Positions 1-10,683 are shown, counted from the first letter of the stretch. The stretch is 64,000 nt of DNA from a virus (IMGVR_UViG_2703719088_000001:1-64000); one strand, 5' to 3'. Notes: generated by a model not told the origin, from the sequence alone. Numbers and translations: made by a program.

Positions 1-669
1 TGCATCGGCGGCTGTGGCATCCTTGTAGTTCTCTTGAGGAGTCCATGAGTCAATTCCAGCCTTCTCGTCGGCAACGGCTTGATTCCATGCGCTCCTTGGG
101 ACGGGATAGGAATACGAATAAGCCGTATTCACGCCACGACTGCCGCTTGCACCCCACAGAGCCTCGGCGAGTTCAAGGCCACCAGAGACATAAGTGCCTG
201 TGATGCCGTTCAGCCTCTGTGTCGTGCCACCGCCAAAGGTACTGATATTCGGCACTGATGTCGAGGTGGAGTTATCCCACTGACAGCTTGTGCTGGCATC
301 CGCCGTGGCCAGAATCGTGCAGAGGTTGCCGCGTCGGTTGATGAGTTGGCCGACAATCTTGTATTCACCGAGTTTGGATGAGTCGCAGTATTCCTGTCCG
401 AGGGAGGCCGTGTCCCACGTGTCCGAGGCGACATATTTCTTCAGCCAGCAGTAGCGCGTGCCGTCAAAGACGAGCCAGTCGCCTATCTGTCCTGCGTTGC
501 GCGGCACGATGGTGTTCTTGGCGTCGATGACCGTTCGGCCGATGGACTTGATGTACGACACTGCCGAGGCTGACACCTCCGTTGAGCCTGCCACGGCACT
601 ATATATCGCCCCACCTGAGGCTTTGGCGGCTTGGTATGCCGCAAGGGTAGCAAATTCAAATTTAGCCAT
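1..669 (-). CDS. Virion or tail-associated protein, partial (runs off the window edge)
   Basis: Hand translation: ATG at 669 overlaps the stop of the upstream gene. The frame MAKFEFATLAAYQAAKASGGAIYSAV...WLVFDGTRYCWLKKY... stays open to base 1. It lies at the distal end of the tail-fibre cluster. Confidence 0.7.
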   Translation of the reverse strand, partial: MAKFEFATLAAYQAAKASGGAIYSAVAGSTEVSASAVSYIKSIGRTVIDAKNTIVPRNAGQIGDWLVFDGTRYCWLKKYVASDTWDTASLGQEYCDSSKLGEYKIVGQLINRRGNLCTILATADASTSCQWDNSTSTSVPNISTFGGGTTQRLNGITGTYVSGGLELAEALWGASGSRGVNTAYSYSYPVPRSAWNQAVADEKAGIDSWTPQENYKDATAADA

Positions 670-1480
670 TGTTCTTGAGTTTAGCGAGTTGTTTCTTTAA
701 TGATGTTATTTCCTCCTTCAAGTCCTTGACCTCTTGGACAAGGGAGAGGCTCACGGCGGTGGCAAGCAGGGGGTAGTCGAGACCGAAGATGCCGTCCTTG
801 TTCTCATGCACAACCTCTGGGAGGACGCACACCACATCCTGTGCGTATGTGCCTATGTGCCTCGTATGGCTGTTATCTGCCTTGAACGAAAAAGCGGCGA
901 GGGGTATAGATGCCATGGCTTCCAGAGACAGCCTGAAATCCTCTATATGGTCTTTTAGCCTGACATCTGAGGTATTTATGAAGCTGGATGCGGTGACAGA
1001 TCCAGTGGTATCTATGTCTCCATACCCGTAGACAGTGCCGCTGGCCTCCAAGTAAATATCCCCGTTCGGGACGCTCAGAGACAGACCGCCGCCAGAATAA
1101 TTCACATACGCACCGTCATTGAAGTTCAGCCCGTATGTGGAGTAGAAGGTCAAGTCTGAATACCCTGCCCACGTGCCCATCTGCACATCAGCCCAGACAG
1201 GGATGCCATCGGCGGCTGTCAAGACCTTGCCACTTGTGCCTATCGGAAGTCTTGCGGGGTCGCCAGAGCCAGTGGCATATATCATATCGCCCCTGTTGAG
1301 CAGAAGGGATTTCGCTATCTTCGTGCTGTCACGGAATGGCAGCAGCGTACCAGCGGCGTTGAGCCATGCCTCGACATATGTCTGGGCAGGGACAATCGCT
1401 ATACTCCCGTCAGGGATGTTCTGCACCGTCGGGGCGTTGTTCTGTGAGTAGTAGAAACCTACATTATCGTTCGTAGTCAT
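662..1480 (-). CDS. Short tail fibre or spike protein with C-terminal intramolecular chaperone (peptidase S74-like)
   Basis: SDVRLKDHIEDF motif, IG..AQDV..VLPEVV, G..GLDY..L and a terminal coiled coil match the S74 chaperone pattern. The RGDMIYATGSG..RLPIG motif is a tail-fibre repeat. Confidence 0.8.
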   Translation of the reverse strand: MTTNDNVGFYYSQNNAPTVQNIPDGSIAIVPAQTYVEAWLNAAGTLLPFRDSTKIAKSLLLNRGDMIYATGSGDPARLPIGTSGKVLTAADGIPVWADVQMGTWAGYSDLTFYSTYGLNFNDGAYVNYSGGGLSLSVPNGDIYLEASGTVYGYGDIDTTGSVTASSFINTSDVRLKDHIEDFRLSLEAMASIPLAAFSFKADNSHTRHIGTYAQDVVCVLPEVVHENKDGIFGLDYPLLATAVSLSLVQEVKDLKEEITSLKKQLAKLKNNG

Positions 1481-1484
1481 AGCC

Positions 1485-4400
1485 TTAGATTATGTGCCAT
1501 TTGATGGCGTTGATACCAAGATATTTCTCTGACAGTTTCGTGTTGCCCTCATAGATGTCGCCACCGACATGAAGGTCGTCTTCGATTTCGACTTCTTCGT
1601 CTATATACAATCCCTCATGGTTGCTGGTCAGTATCTGGTAGGCAAGTGTGACGCTATGTTCGACATAGACGCTACTTACCTGCTGGAACTCACCTATTCT
1701 GACGGATGTGAACAGCGGAGAACTGGTGTTTGTCTCCGTGGCAAGCTGTGCGTACTTGTCAACAAGCGAGACCCCGTTCTCCTTCAATGTCACAGCATCC
1801 AAAATGCCATGTACGGCAGCTTTGTTCACGATGACACTGGAGACTGTCTCTGTCGTGAACTCGATGAACTGTCCGCTGGCTACGGTCTGTCCTGTGCCTG
1901 TGATGCCAGTGACACCCGTCATCGCTCCGCTGATGGCCGACGTGCCATTGAAGGATTGTCCCCAGATATTTCGCGGCGTGGCCAGTTTCGTAGCTGTAGC
2001 AGCGTTGCCGAGGATGTCTCCGTTGATGGCGTCGTAGACGTTCAGCGTGTTGAGCGTGAGGACATCCAGATAAGCGTTGGTCATCCATAGGTCGATGGCG
2101 TCGAGACGGGCTTCATGCTCTGCCACTGCGATGGGTATCGGCCCTGCTACGGTCAGATACTTGTCGGCAAGCGAGATGGCGTTGCCGCTGTTGTCGTAGC
2201 CCTCGTAGATGAAACCGCGGACGATGAGGTCGTAGTCGTCATCGCCAGACGGAGCGGTCGGGTCGCCTACGTATAGATGATTGTCAATAACAAGGCCCTG
2301 GTCCGTCGCTCCATCGTAATAGTGAGTGTTGCTTACAAGGTGCTGCACGGAAGCTGCCGTAGCGAAATGGCTGGCAGGATGGTTTTCAAGCAGTGCAGAG
2401 TTGGCCGCCGTATCGCTGATGCCGAGGTAGAGTTCTTCGAGATAGTAGGTCTCCCAGTTGCGGCCCTGTTCGTCGCTGCGACCCTCCTTAATCTTGCCAA
2501 ATACAATGAGTTCTCTTTCACCGTAGGTGTCGCTTCCGACCTGCATATTTGGGTACACCGTGAGCAGGCCTTCACCCATAGCGGTCGCATCGAAGCTCAT
2601 CAGATTGTTCAGGATATAGTCGCTTCTCGTCAGAAACTCGTCATGCAGCGTCTTGCCTGACCATACCTTCGGCGTAACGGTCTGGTCGTCCACGTCGTCG
2701 CCTGTGCCCTCCTCGTAGCTGCCCCCGAGAGACAGGAGGTCGTGAGCTGTTACGCCATACTTCATGTCGGCAAAGAACGGTGCGCTTGTCGGCTCGCTCA
2801 GCCCCGTCTGGTCGGGCAGCATCATCTGCGTTCCCAGCGGGTCGCTCTTTGCCAGCAGGCTCAGCGGCTCGTCGAGGATGTAGTGCCTGGGGGTTGCGAG
2901 CTCGATGATAATGGGAACACCTGTCATAGCGGCCTTGAATTCAGCGACAGTGCTGTACGAGGAATCCTTGATGAAGACAGTTTTTTCATATCCACTGTTA
3001 GAAGAGTCGGAGATTTCGCCTTCTGACACAGCGAATCCTTGATTAGCGACATAGTTGTATCGTGGGCACAGAAGTGCTGTGGATGCTGGTGTCGTTGTGG
3101 AATTTTTTACCGAAATTGTCGCATAGAAAGTTCCGCCAGATGTTATATTCCAGTTCATGTTGCCCATATCTACTGCAATGCACCGCTTATCTGCAGCTTT
3201 ATCAGTTAGGCTGTCATGAGCTGTGCCGACACTCATCATACCGTCAGGGAAGATGACTTCCGACTGCGGGCTGACGGAAGCGGTGTTCTTGCCCTTGATT
3301 GTCGGGATATTCAGCGCAATAACATCTTCCTGGTAGGGCTCGTAGGTTCCGTTGCGGTCCGGGTCGCTCAGGTTGATGCAAACTGAGCCGATATTTGCAG
3401 GAGAAATGTTGATACGGATATACACGGCATTAGATGGTGTCGTGAAGACGGCGCCGCCAGTAACATTTCCCACGCCAGCTCTGATGAATTCCTTAGATAT
3501 GTCGTAAAAAAATACGGCATATTGATTCGCAATACCCTTATTCAAGTAATAGTCCATTGCTGGAATGACACGAATATAGTCAGAATGCTTTACAGCGGAA
3601 GCCGTGTTAATTGTTATGCCGTCCGATTGTATTAATCCGTCGTAAATGATCCCATCCCACTGGTTGAAGCCAGTCTTGATGCCCGTTGCCGTCAAATTTT
3701 TTATTGCGCCTTCGTTGTAGCCGTGGAAGCCGGGGTACAGGGCCACAAAGTCGGCAACGGTCGTGATTTCATCCGCTATTTCAGCCTTCGTTAAGTCAAC
3801 AATGTTGATATAGCCTTCGTAATCAATGACTGCCCCCTGCTGTACATTAAGTGACATGTTCCCGTCAAAGGTTGAGCTCAGGCTAAATACAGAGCCCGTG
3901 CGAGCGTTTGCATCATAGAATTCGCCGAAAGACATACCTACCGGAAGGTCATTTGATAGGATTCTAATGATCTTGTGCCCTGACAGTGAAGACAGACCGG
4001 TTAATAATGATGTAAAGTTAGTCGTCAAGGCTGTTCCTTGTATTCGCATGTAGCCATTCGCGCCATTCGTAATTGTTAGCCCGTTCCACGAACCACCCAA
4101 GGACACTGTGTCAACAATCTGATTCCACACGATGCTGTTGCCCTTGATTTCCTTGATGGTCACAACATCGCCAGCCGTCCTCGCGGATTCTGGCACAGCT
4201 CGGTAGGTAAACGTCGCGTCGTCCTCTTCGATTACCTTCAGGTTGGATGCAGTAGCGACATTGCTTGCAGCGACATCGGCCATGATGTCAGCCAGATGCT
4301 TGCTGTCCAAAAGGTCGGCGTTCATGTTGGCCACGAGATTTGTGTTCGCCATCGTGCCTCCCGCAAGAGCGAGATACTTCTGAGACAGCTCGGTCCCGTT

Positions 4401-5573
4401 CTCGTAGATATGTTGCGAATATACATTGGTAAACTGCAATCCGCTGCTGCCGAGAGTGGCATCGGTGCTCTCGTCCGGCGGCAGAATCTCCGTGGTGCGG
4501 ATTTCGTCGATATATCCAGCGTTAAACCAGTGGTCGCCTGCGCCGAGGTTGACGATCGAACCGGCTGCAGGAACAATGTCAGCGTTAGCAAGAAAAACGC
4601 TCTTGCTGCTGCCGTCTATCGTCTCGGTCTGCTTTCTCAAAAGGTTAGATAGCGGCAGGTTGAATTCGTCCCATATCTTGTAGTTTGTATTGTCTTTTCT
4701 ATGCAGCAGCGAGCCATATCCATATATCCGCGTTTCATATCCGTCAACGCCAAGATAGGCATCTCCGTTAGAATAATTTAGGATTGGAAGATTGCTATTC
4801 CCAACCTTCACGGATATTTTCGCTCCGTCAAGAACGATGTCGCCCGTCATGCTTCCTCCGGCCAGAGGTAGGTAGTCGGCAAACTTGCTGTTCAACGTCT
4901 GGCCAGACCACACCTTGGCATCGCCAGATGTGCCGCCAGAGGCTGCGATGTCGCCGGATGAGCCAGTGGAGTAGGCCACCCAAGGTACATTCACATACAG
5001 TGTGTTCTCTGCGGCATTCAACGCTACGGCGTAGTATCTTCCCTGCGCGGTCGTGCTCTGTATGTCGCCAGAATAGTCGGACGCAGCTGCCATAGACTTC
5101 AGCAACAGAGAGGTCTCGTCTATATCACCCTGTATGACAACGAAGGCTGGAGATGTGCTGTCGATACAGATAATCAGATCACCTGTCCTCAGCGTATGGT
5201 TTGTGGCCGATGAAGCACCGGGGTCTTTGAACGAGTACACACCTGAACTGTCAGTGGGTGCAGCCCTGTAAGCATAGCCAACCTGAAACTCGTTGCCACC
5301 GATGAGGGTGTTCCACTGAGCAACGGTGATGTTCGACTGGAACTTGAGCATCGAGGCCATGTCAGCCCTGAGGGATGCGATGGCGTTCCACATCGCGCTG
5401 TCTGATATCTGGCGATGTGTCGACGAGCCATCCTTGACATGAGCGTCGTAATACTGGATTACACCGTTGACGATGTACGGTATCAATAACAATGCACCCT
5501 GCGGTATGGTACTCCAGTCTATGCTACCAGACGACTCCTTGATATACAGCGAAAAATCTTTGTTGCTATCCAT
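1485..5573 (-). CDS. Tail fibre / receptor-binding protein (1362 aa)
   Basis: Gly/Thr/Ser-rich and mosaic; YLPLAGGSMTG and RNIWGQSFNG fibre motifs; located downstream of the tail tip gene. Confidence 0.8.
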   Translation of the reverse strand: MDSNKDFSLYIKESSGSIDWSTIPQGALLLIPYIVNGVIQYYDAHVKDGSSTHRQISDSAMWNAIASLRADMASMLKFQSNITVAQWNTLIGGNEFQVGYAYRAAPTDSSGVYSFKDPGASSATNHTLRTGDLIICIDSTSPAFVVIQGDIDETSLLLKSMAAASDYSGDIQSTTAQGRYYAVALNAAENTLYVNVPWVAYSTGSSGDIAASGGTSGDAKVWSGQTLNSKFADYLPLAGGSMTGDIVLDGAKISVKVGNSNLPILNYSNGDAYLGVDGYETRIYGYGSLLHRKDNTNYKIWDEFNLPLSNLLRKQTETIDGSSKSVFLANADIVPAAGSIVNLGAGDHWFNAGYIDEIRTTEILPPDESTDATLGSSGLQFTNVYSQHIYENGTELSQKYLALAGGTMANTNLVANMNADLLDSKHLADIMADVAASNVATASNLKVIEEDDATFTYRAVPESARTAGDVVTIKEIKGNSIVWNQIVDTVSLGGSWNGLTITNGANGYMRIQGTALTTNFTSLLTGLSSLSGHKIIRILSNDLPVGMSFGEFYDANARTGSVFSLSSTFDGNMSLNVQQGAVIDYEGYINIVDLTKAEIADEITTVADFVALYPGFHGYNEGAIKNLTATGIKTGFNQWDGIIYDGLIQSDGITINTASAVKHSDYIRVIPAMDYYLNKGIANQYAVFFYDISKEFIRAGVGNVTGGAVFTTPSNAVYIRINISPANIGSVCINLSDPDRNGTYEPYQEDVIALNIPTIKGKNTASVSPQSEVIFPDGMMSVGTAHDSLTDKAADKRCIAVDMGNMNWNITSGGTFYATISVKNSTTTPASTALLCPRYNYVANQGFAVSEGEISDSSNSGYEKTVFIKDSSYSTVAEFKAAMTGVPIIIELATPRHYILDEPLSLLAKSDPLGTQMMLPDQTGLSEPTSAPFFADMKYGVTAHDLLSLGGSYEEGTGDDVDDQTVTPKVWSGKTLHDEFLTRSDYILNNLMSFDATAMGEGLLTVYPNMQVGSDTYGERELIVFGKIKEGRSDEQGRNWETYYLEELYLGISDTAANSALLENHPASHFATAASVQHLVSNTHYYDGATDQGLVIDNHLYVGDPTAPSGDDDYDLIVRGFIYEGYDNSGNAISLADKYLTVAGPIPIAVAEHEARLDAIDLWMTNAYLDVLTLNTLNVYDAINGDILGNAATATKLATPRNIWGQSFNGTSAISGAMTGVTGITGTGQTVASGQFIEFTTETVSSVIVNKAAVHGILDAVTLKENGVSLVDKYAQLATETNTSSPLFTSVRIGEFQQVSSVYVEHSVTLAYQILTSNHEGLYIDEEVEIEDDLHVGGDIYEGNTKLSEKYLGINAIKWHII

Positions 5574-5579
5574 ATCTCT

Positions 5580-8500
5580 TTACATTATAACGTTCCACTT
5601 TATTGAGTTGTTTACTCTCTTCCAGTTTGTTGCCACAGACCACGTGTTGGCGGTGTACTCATCCATGCTGTACTGGTACGTGAGTGTCTGCCCTGCCTCG
5701 TATGGCTGTGTGTTGTTTATCGTCATCGAGGATGGCCCCGTGCGGACAATTGACACAGGCGCATCGACATTCTCTATTGTCACGGTGAACGAAGCACCAG
5801 AGACATAGCTGCACAGCATGCGCCATTCTGAGTGCTCACCGATGCTCTGTAGGTTCATTGCGTCGGCAAGGCGTGTGGCGATGCTCGACAGCGACTCGCC
5901 CGCACTTGCCAGCACGAAGAAATTGTCCTGAAACCCGTCAGGGGCGTACACATCGACACCTATCTCGCCCTCTTCCACCGTTAGGTCGTTCGACGTGACG
6001 GTGATGACGAAGGCCGTTGTCTGCGTGGGTCGGTAGTTGACCATGAAGGCTGGCATACGCATATATGTAGGCACATCATCTATGGCCTCTGCCAGCGTCC
6101 TCTTCTCGCTGAGCCATGTGCCGACACCCTCTGCTGCGTCAAGGGCTTTCTCCGCTTTCTCCAGTGCTTCATCGGCGGTGTCCGAGGAAACGACATGCAG
6201 CACGCCGCCATCCTTGCTCAGTGTCTCGTCAACGGGTATTGCGTCAATGATTTCCTCAGAGGTGTCCTCTGTTACGGAATAGGCTGTTATGCCTCCTGCA
6301 CTGGTGACTCTCGAAGCTTTCATCGGCAGAGCGTAGCTTCCCTCTTTCGGGTGGTAGAGGTCACCCACATCATGACCGCCGATTTCAAGTGTTGCGACGG
6401 ACACATCCTTCAAAACGGCATCGCCGTCAGACTCTATCTTCTTCCCACCACTGCCAAGCAGTATATTGCCTGTCATCGTGCCTCCAGCTTTCTGTAGGTA
6501 TACATCCTCTATACCATCAATATAGTCGATGTCAATGCTGTGCTGGCCGTCGTAAGTGGACAGTATCTCCCACATGGCATCCTCGTCAAAGTCACTACCT
6601 GAAGAAGGTGTTGCCTTCAGCACCCCGTTATCCCATACGATGGTATCGTTGTCGATAGGTATGGCATCAACCCAACTATCAGGTTGCACATTTGATGCGT
6701 ATGCTGTAATACCACCTGTCACGACAAGGTTGGCCAATCCGTCAGAAAGGCTCTCCAATACCCAGGCATGGAGATAGTCATCATACCGCTTCTTTAAATC
6801 CCCAAGGATGAAGTCACCAGTGATGTCCTTATCCCCGGAGAACTGCTGACCCCAGATTTTCCTTCCAACCCTCGACATCCCGGACAACTTGGCCGTCACC
6901 TTATTTACATTGGCCGTGACCTTTTGAAGCGTCGTCTGCTGTATGTCGTCACTGAGCGTTATATCAACCTTGGGGGTGATATTGTCACCCATGTCTATCG
7001 TGACCTGTTTGATCGTGACACACATGTCGCCACCTTGATCGACAGAAGAATTGGGTATATCTTTGAACTTTAGCAGCATCCCAGCATACAACCTCCAGAA
7101 GATACTCTTCTCCGGAGTGCTGGCAGCGGCCATGCGGTCTATGTTACGCTGAAGGTATATATCGTCTATCTTGGGCTGATAGGTAAACCTCGTCTCGCAG
7201 TTTAGAGCAAGATAATCTGATGCAGCGAGCAGTAGGCGCACCTCTGCAGCAGAAACGTAAGCATCCGGCATCTCGATATTCAATAGCACGAACTTGTCTC
7301 CAGCAGACAAAAAATTCGGTCGGCTGGGGTAGTAGGTGTTAAGGCTGCTGTCCGTCGCACGCTTTAGCGTCAGTTGGTAGCCTTTCCTGCCGTTGTATGT
7401 CACCTTCTTGATGTCAGAACCTATCTCGAATTCGCGACCGACACACATGCCTTCCTTCATCGAGACAACAGGAGTTTCGCTGCCGAATACAGCAGACGGG
7501 TCGAACCCCATATCCTTGATGATAATATGGAATGTGCCATTCGTTGCCGTGCTACGCGATAAATCAATCCAAGTGTACTGTGGAACAATCAAGACATCGC
7601 TTGACCATATGTTGTACAATAGACTCAATGTGCTGCCAGTGTTGTCCTGCATCGTAGGAGCAATGGTGACGGTTACATCCGAATCCTCATCGACATTAAT
7701 GGCAGGAATTTGCGCATTCTGCAGGTTCTTGACATCCGGCAACTCAGGTAACTCTATGGACTTTGCCGCCTCACCTGTAGATGTCTGAATAAAATCGGAA
7801 AAGTAGGTTAGCGTCCTAACAGAGTTATCTGATAGTTTCTTAATCTTTATATTGATACGAAAGCCAACCTTGGCGGACGCATATGTCCTTTCAAGCCAGA
7901 AATTGTACAATGCCGACATAGCAGATGTCGGAGCGATGGCATAGCTGCCGCTCTTGACCCCTTCAATGGTGAAAAGTTTTATCTCCCTGCCGACAAGATG
8001 ATCATCTTCTGTAGTGAAGTCGCCGAGATGCGATACCACCGTTCCGACGGAGATATTGTATGGACTGCCCATGGCAAAGTTACCACTCTCTGGCATGATA
8101 CCATCACCCTCGTTTGCGTCGTTGACAAGAACGCCGTTTCTGAGGTAGCCTACGGCAAGTATCTCGTTTATACGCTCGTCATCCTCGTATTCAAGGAAAG
8201 AGTGTTTGCCGTGGCTATCAGTATGTTCTTGGCTCTCTTCTGTGTATCCATCTTGGTCTTCGACACCGGCGGCGCGAAGTTCTTCGTACTTGACATCCTC
8301 GATGGTAGGATAAATTTCCGGCTTGTCGCTATCTGTGCCATCCCAACAACCGACATCTTCTCTGACACCCTCGTCACATGTGGCTGCGTTATCGCCTTTG
8401 TCAATATATGCGTCATTGACCGTGCCAAGGACATGGCGGACTTTCGGCAGACCCGTCTCCTCGTCGTAACCATACTGGGCATCTCGTCTTGCGTTGGCGG

Positions 8501-9461
8501 CATTCTTGTCTGCCTGCGACGCGAAGGTGTCCGGCAACTGCAGGGTGGTGGGGAAGAACGATGACGGGAGATTGTATTTCTTGTTGTAATATCTATACGG
8601 CAGGTTCTTCGTCGATCCGACAACACGCAGGCGGGTGACGATAAGCTGCTTGCTGTCAGCGACCTTGGTGATTTCAAACAGACCTTTCCCTTGGTTCTCA
8701 GGGGAAGGGTATCCGGAGCCATAGCCGAAAGCGAACATCTCTTCCTCATCATCTGAAGTGACGTCTTCCAACGTGTACCCGATATACACCTTACGACCCT
8801 TGATGCAGTAGTTCAAGTTGAAATCATTCTTTACCCTTGCTATGGCTTGTGCTACGGTCTCCTTGTTGAAAGACAGCATCTTGTCATCTGTATGTGTGAC
8901 AAGCCTTGTCTCGCCGGTACTGCTTATGTACTCCGTTGTGGTGTCTACAAGGATTTCCCATACCCCCTGACCATATGCGCGGTCGAGGTTGGCCTGTATC
9001 TTTGCCGCAAGAGTACATACGGGTGTAAGAGTAACAGTCTCTCCTTCAACTTCAATGGTTGTCTCGCCACAGTAGAGGTCGAACTTGCTGCTTCCCGTAT
9101 AATCCGTTCCAAAGTGTGGGTCGTAGTCACCTGCAGGTGTGATGTCAAGCATCGTGCATCGTGTAGTCTCATCCTGGTAGGAATCGAAGCGGATATTCTC
9201 ATAGGTATATGCATCCTGAATGCTGCCTGTCGCAGCCCTCTGCTTAACGGACGGCTTGTAGTTGAGAGTGAACACCTCGCCCCTGAACACGCAATAGTCG
9301 CCAACGGAGAAGTTTATCGGTGTCTCAGACTTAATAGTGAGGGTAATGTATTGTTCCCCCATCATCGTATCCTGAAACTTCCACTTCTCCGACTTGGCTC
9401 GCACCTGGCTGTCAGATACAAGGCTACCTTTCGGCTTTATTATGATTTCTATCCTTTCCAT
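5580..9461 (-). CDS. Tail tip / baseplate hub protein with fibre-like C-terminal extension (1293 aa)
   Basis: N-terminal MGEQYITLTIKSETPINFSVGDYCVFRGE region resembles Bacteroidota siphophage tail-tip proteins; synteny after TMP and the Dit-like gene. Confidence 0.75.
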   Translation of the reverse strand: MERIEIIIKPKGSLVSDSQVRAKSEKWKFQDTMMGEQYITLTIKSETPINFSVGDYCVFRGEVFTLNYKPSVKQRAATGSIQDAYTYENIRFDSYQDETTRCTMLDITPAGDYDPHFGTDYTGSSKFDLYCGETTIEVEGETVTLTPVCTLAAKIQANLDRAYGQGVWEILVDTTTEYISSTGETRLVTHTDDKMLSFNKETVAQAIARVKNDFNLNYCIKGRKVYIGYTLEDVTSDDEEEMFAFGYGSGYPSPENQGKGLFEITKVADSKQLIVTRLRVVGSTKNLPYRYYNKKYNLPSSFFPTTLQLPDTFASQADKNAANARRDAQYGYDEETGLPKVRHVLGTVNDAYIDKGDNAATCDEGVREDVGCWDGTDSDKPEIYPTIEDVKYEELRAAGVEDQDGYTEESQEHTDSHGKHSFLEYEDDERINEILAVGYLRNGVLVNDANEGDGIMPESGNFAMGSPYNISVGTVVSHLGDFTTEDDHLVGREIKLFTIEGVKSGSYAIAPTSAMSALYNFWLERTYASAKVGFRINIKIKKLSDNSVRTLTYFSDFIQTSTGEAAKSIELPELPDVKNLQNAQIPAINVDEDSDVTVTIAPTMQDNTGSTLSLLYNIWSSDVLIVPQYTWIDLSRSTATNGTFHIIIKDMGFDPSAVFGSETPVVSMKEGMCVGREFEIGSDIKKVTYNGRKGYQLTLKRATDSSLNTYYPSRPNFLSAGDKFVLLNIEMPDAYVSAAEVRLLLAASDYLALNCETRFTYQPKIDDIYLQRNIDRMAAASTPEKSIFWRLYAGMLLKFKDIPNSSVDQGGDMCVTIKQVTIDMGDNITPKVDITLSDDIQQTTLQKVTANVNKVTAKLSGMSRVGRKIWGQQFSGDKDITGDFILGDLKKRYDDYLHAWVLESLSDGLANLVVTGGITAYASNVQPDSWVDAIPIDNDTIVWDNGVLKATPSSGSDFDEDAMWEILSTYDGQHSIDIDYIDGIEDVYLQKAGGTMTGNILLGSGGKKIESDGDAVLKDVSVATLEIGGHDVGDLYHPKEGSYALPMKASRVTSAGGITAYSVTEDTSEEIIDAIPVDETLSKDGGVLHVVSSDTADEALEKAEKALDAAEGVGTWLSEKRTLAEAIDDVPTYMRMPAFMVNYRPTQTTAFVITVTSNDLTVEEGEIGVDVYAPDGFQDNFFVLASAGESLSSIATRLADAMNLQSIGEHSEWRMLCSYVSGASFTVTIENVDAPVSIVRTGPSSMTINNTQPYEAGQTLTYQYSMDEYTANTWSVATNWKRVNNSIKWNVIM

Positions 9462-9467
9462 CTATTC

Positions 9468-10007
9468 CTAAAAAGAAAGATCTGTCACTACATCTCCTGT
9501 TTTTACCGGAGTCACATCAGTTACAGGGTCATTCACAGTAAACTTAACCTTGAAACGTGCAATGGCAACAGGATCACATTCGCTTATGTCGAACAAATCG
9601 TCATCAACTGCAGAGACTGTGACATCCTTACGCCCCATTCCAACATATTCGTCATATATAGCAAGACGACCGCATTGTACTGTATCAGTGTTTTCCCCTT
9701 TTATCCTGCCGTAGATAAAATCAATGAAAGACGATAAGTCATTTCTTATGCTTGACTCGTCGCCTTCGTAAAGGAATGTGACATCAATGTCATACTCCTT
9801 CATCGGAATAACATCTGGCACATACACATCAACGCCATGAGCACCGGCCCAATCGCGCTTTGGTAGGTCTTTCGGGGCAGGATTCTTCTTGAAGGGAAAT
9901 TTCTCACACGCGATGTTAAACTTGGACAAAATGTCTACAACAGACCCTTTTGTGTACTCTGTGCCGTCGAAATGAATCTGCTGTATGTATGCTTTGTAAG
10001 GAGTCAT
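9468..10007 (-). CDS. Distal tail (Dit-like) protein
   Basis: Size and synteny between TMP and tail tip. ATG at 10007 is preferred because the GTG at 10028 overlaps a -7 promoter box. Confidence 0.6.
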   Translation of the reverse strand: MTPYKAYIQQIHFDGTEYTKGSVVDILSKFNIACEKFPFKKNPAPKDLPKRDWAGAHGVDVYVPDVIPMKEYDIDVTFLYEGDESSIRNDLSSFIDFIYGRIKGENTDTVQCGRLAIYDEYVGMGRKDVTVSAVDDDLFDISECDPVAIARFKVKFTVNDPVTDVTPVKTGDVVTDLSF

Positions 10008-10025
10008 GTCTATTTGAATTTTCCA

Positions 10026-10033
10026 CAAATTTA
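10026..10033 (-). promoter_or_regulatory. Bacteroidota -7 promoter box TAAATTTG driving the distal tail genes
   Basis: CAAATTTA on the + strand is an exact TAnnTTTG on the - strand, about 20 nt upstream of the Dit-like ATG. Confidence 0.55.
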
Positions 10034-10120
10034 GGTAATAATAGTGCTTGTAAACAGAAAAACAAGCAAGATGAGATATAAGATTTCCAATCAGACATCG
10101 AAAACGCTTTCTTTAAAGCC

Positions 10121-10128
10121 TATCTTTG
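10121..10128 (+). promoter_or_regulatory. Bacteroidota -7 promoter box TATCTTTG
   Basis: Exact TAnnTTTG, 15 nt upstream of ATG 10143. Confidence 0.6.
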
Positions 10129-10142
10129 CAAAAAAGAATTGC

Positions 10143-10640
10143 ATGAACCCTCTGAACAGAGAACTGAAAGAACAGGCCGTCAATCTCGGATTGTGTGACG
10201 ACTGGACTGAGATGTGGAACAAGGACTGGGACAACGACAAGCTTGCCGAGCGTATGTACAAAGGTCTCGACTTCTGTCTTAAGCACCATTGGCCGTCCAA
10301 TAAGTTCATCAAAGAACACTTCGACAAAGATTTCCTGCATAGGGTAGGGATTATCGTTGATGAAAAGCACAGCCTGATGAATATACAGAAGGCTCTCATC
10401 TTAGGTTCGTCAGAGGTGACGATGCGTGTAAACGCATGGAATCACAGCGACATCTACGTCAGGGATGAATCAAAGGTTTTCCTTACAGCAAAGAACGGAA
10501 GCTTTGTTATCGTCCATCTGTTCGACAATGCAAGTGTCAATGTTTCATGCATTGACAAGGCGCACGTGACGTTAATCAAACACTCAGATGAGGTGTCATG
10601 CTCATATAGTGGAGAAGTAAAGGTAAAAAGCGCAACATAG
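10143..10640 (+). CDS. Hypothetical protein with C-terminal beta-repeat region, opposite in orientation to the tail operon
   Basis: ORF track 10044..10640. MNPLNRELK start at 10143 follows a -7 box, and a terminator lies downstream. Confidence 0.7.
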   Translation: MNPLNRELKEQAVNLGLCDDWTEMWNKDWDNDKLAERMYKGLDFCLKHHWPSNKFIKEHFDKDFLHRVGIIVDEKHSLMNIQKALILGSSEVTMRVNAWNHSDIYVRDESKVFLTAKNGSFVIVHLFDNASVNVSCIDKAHVTLIKHSDEVSCSYSGEVKVKSAT

Positions 10641-10683
10641 AAACGATGTGTGTTTTAGTTTTTCATGGTATTATGTATTAGGT

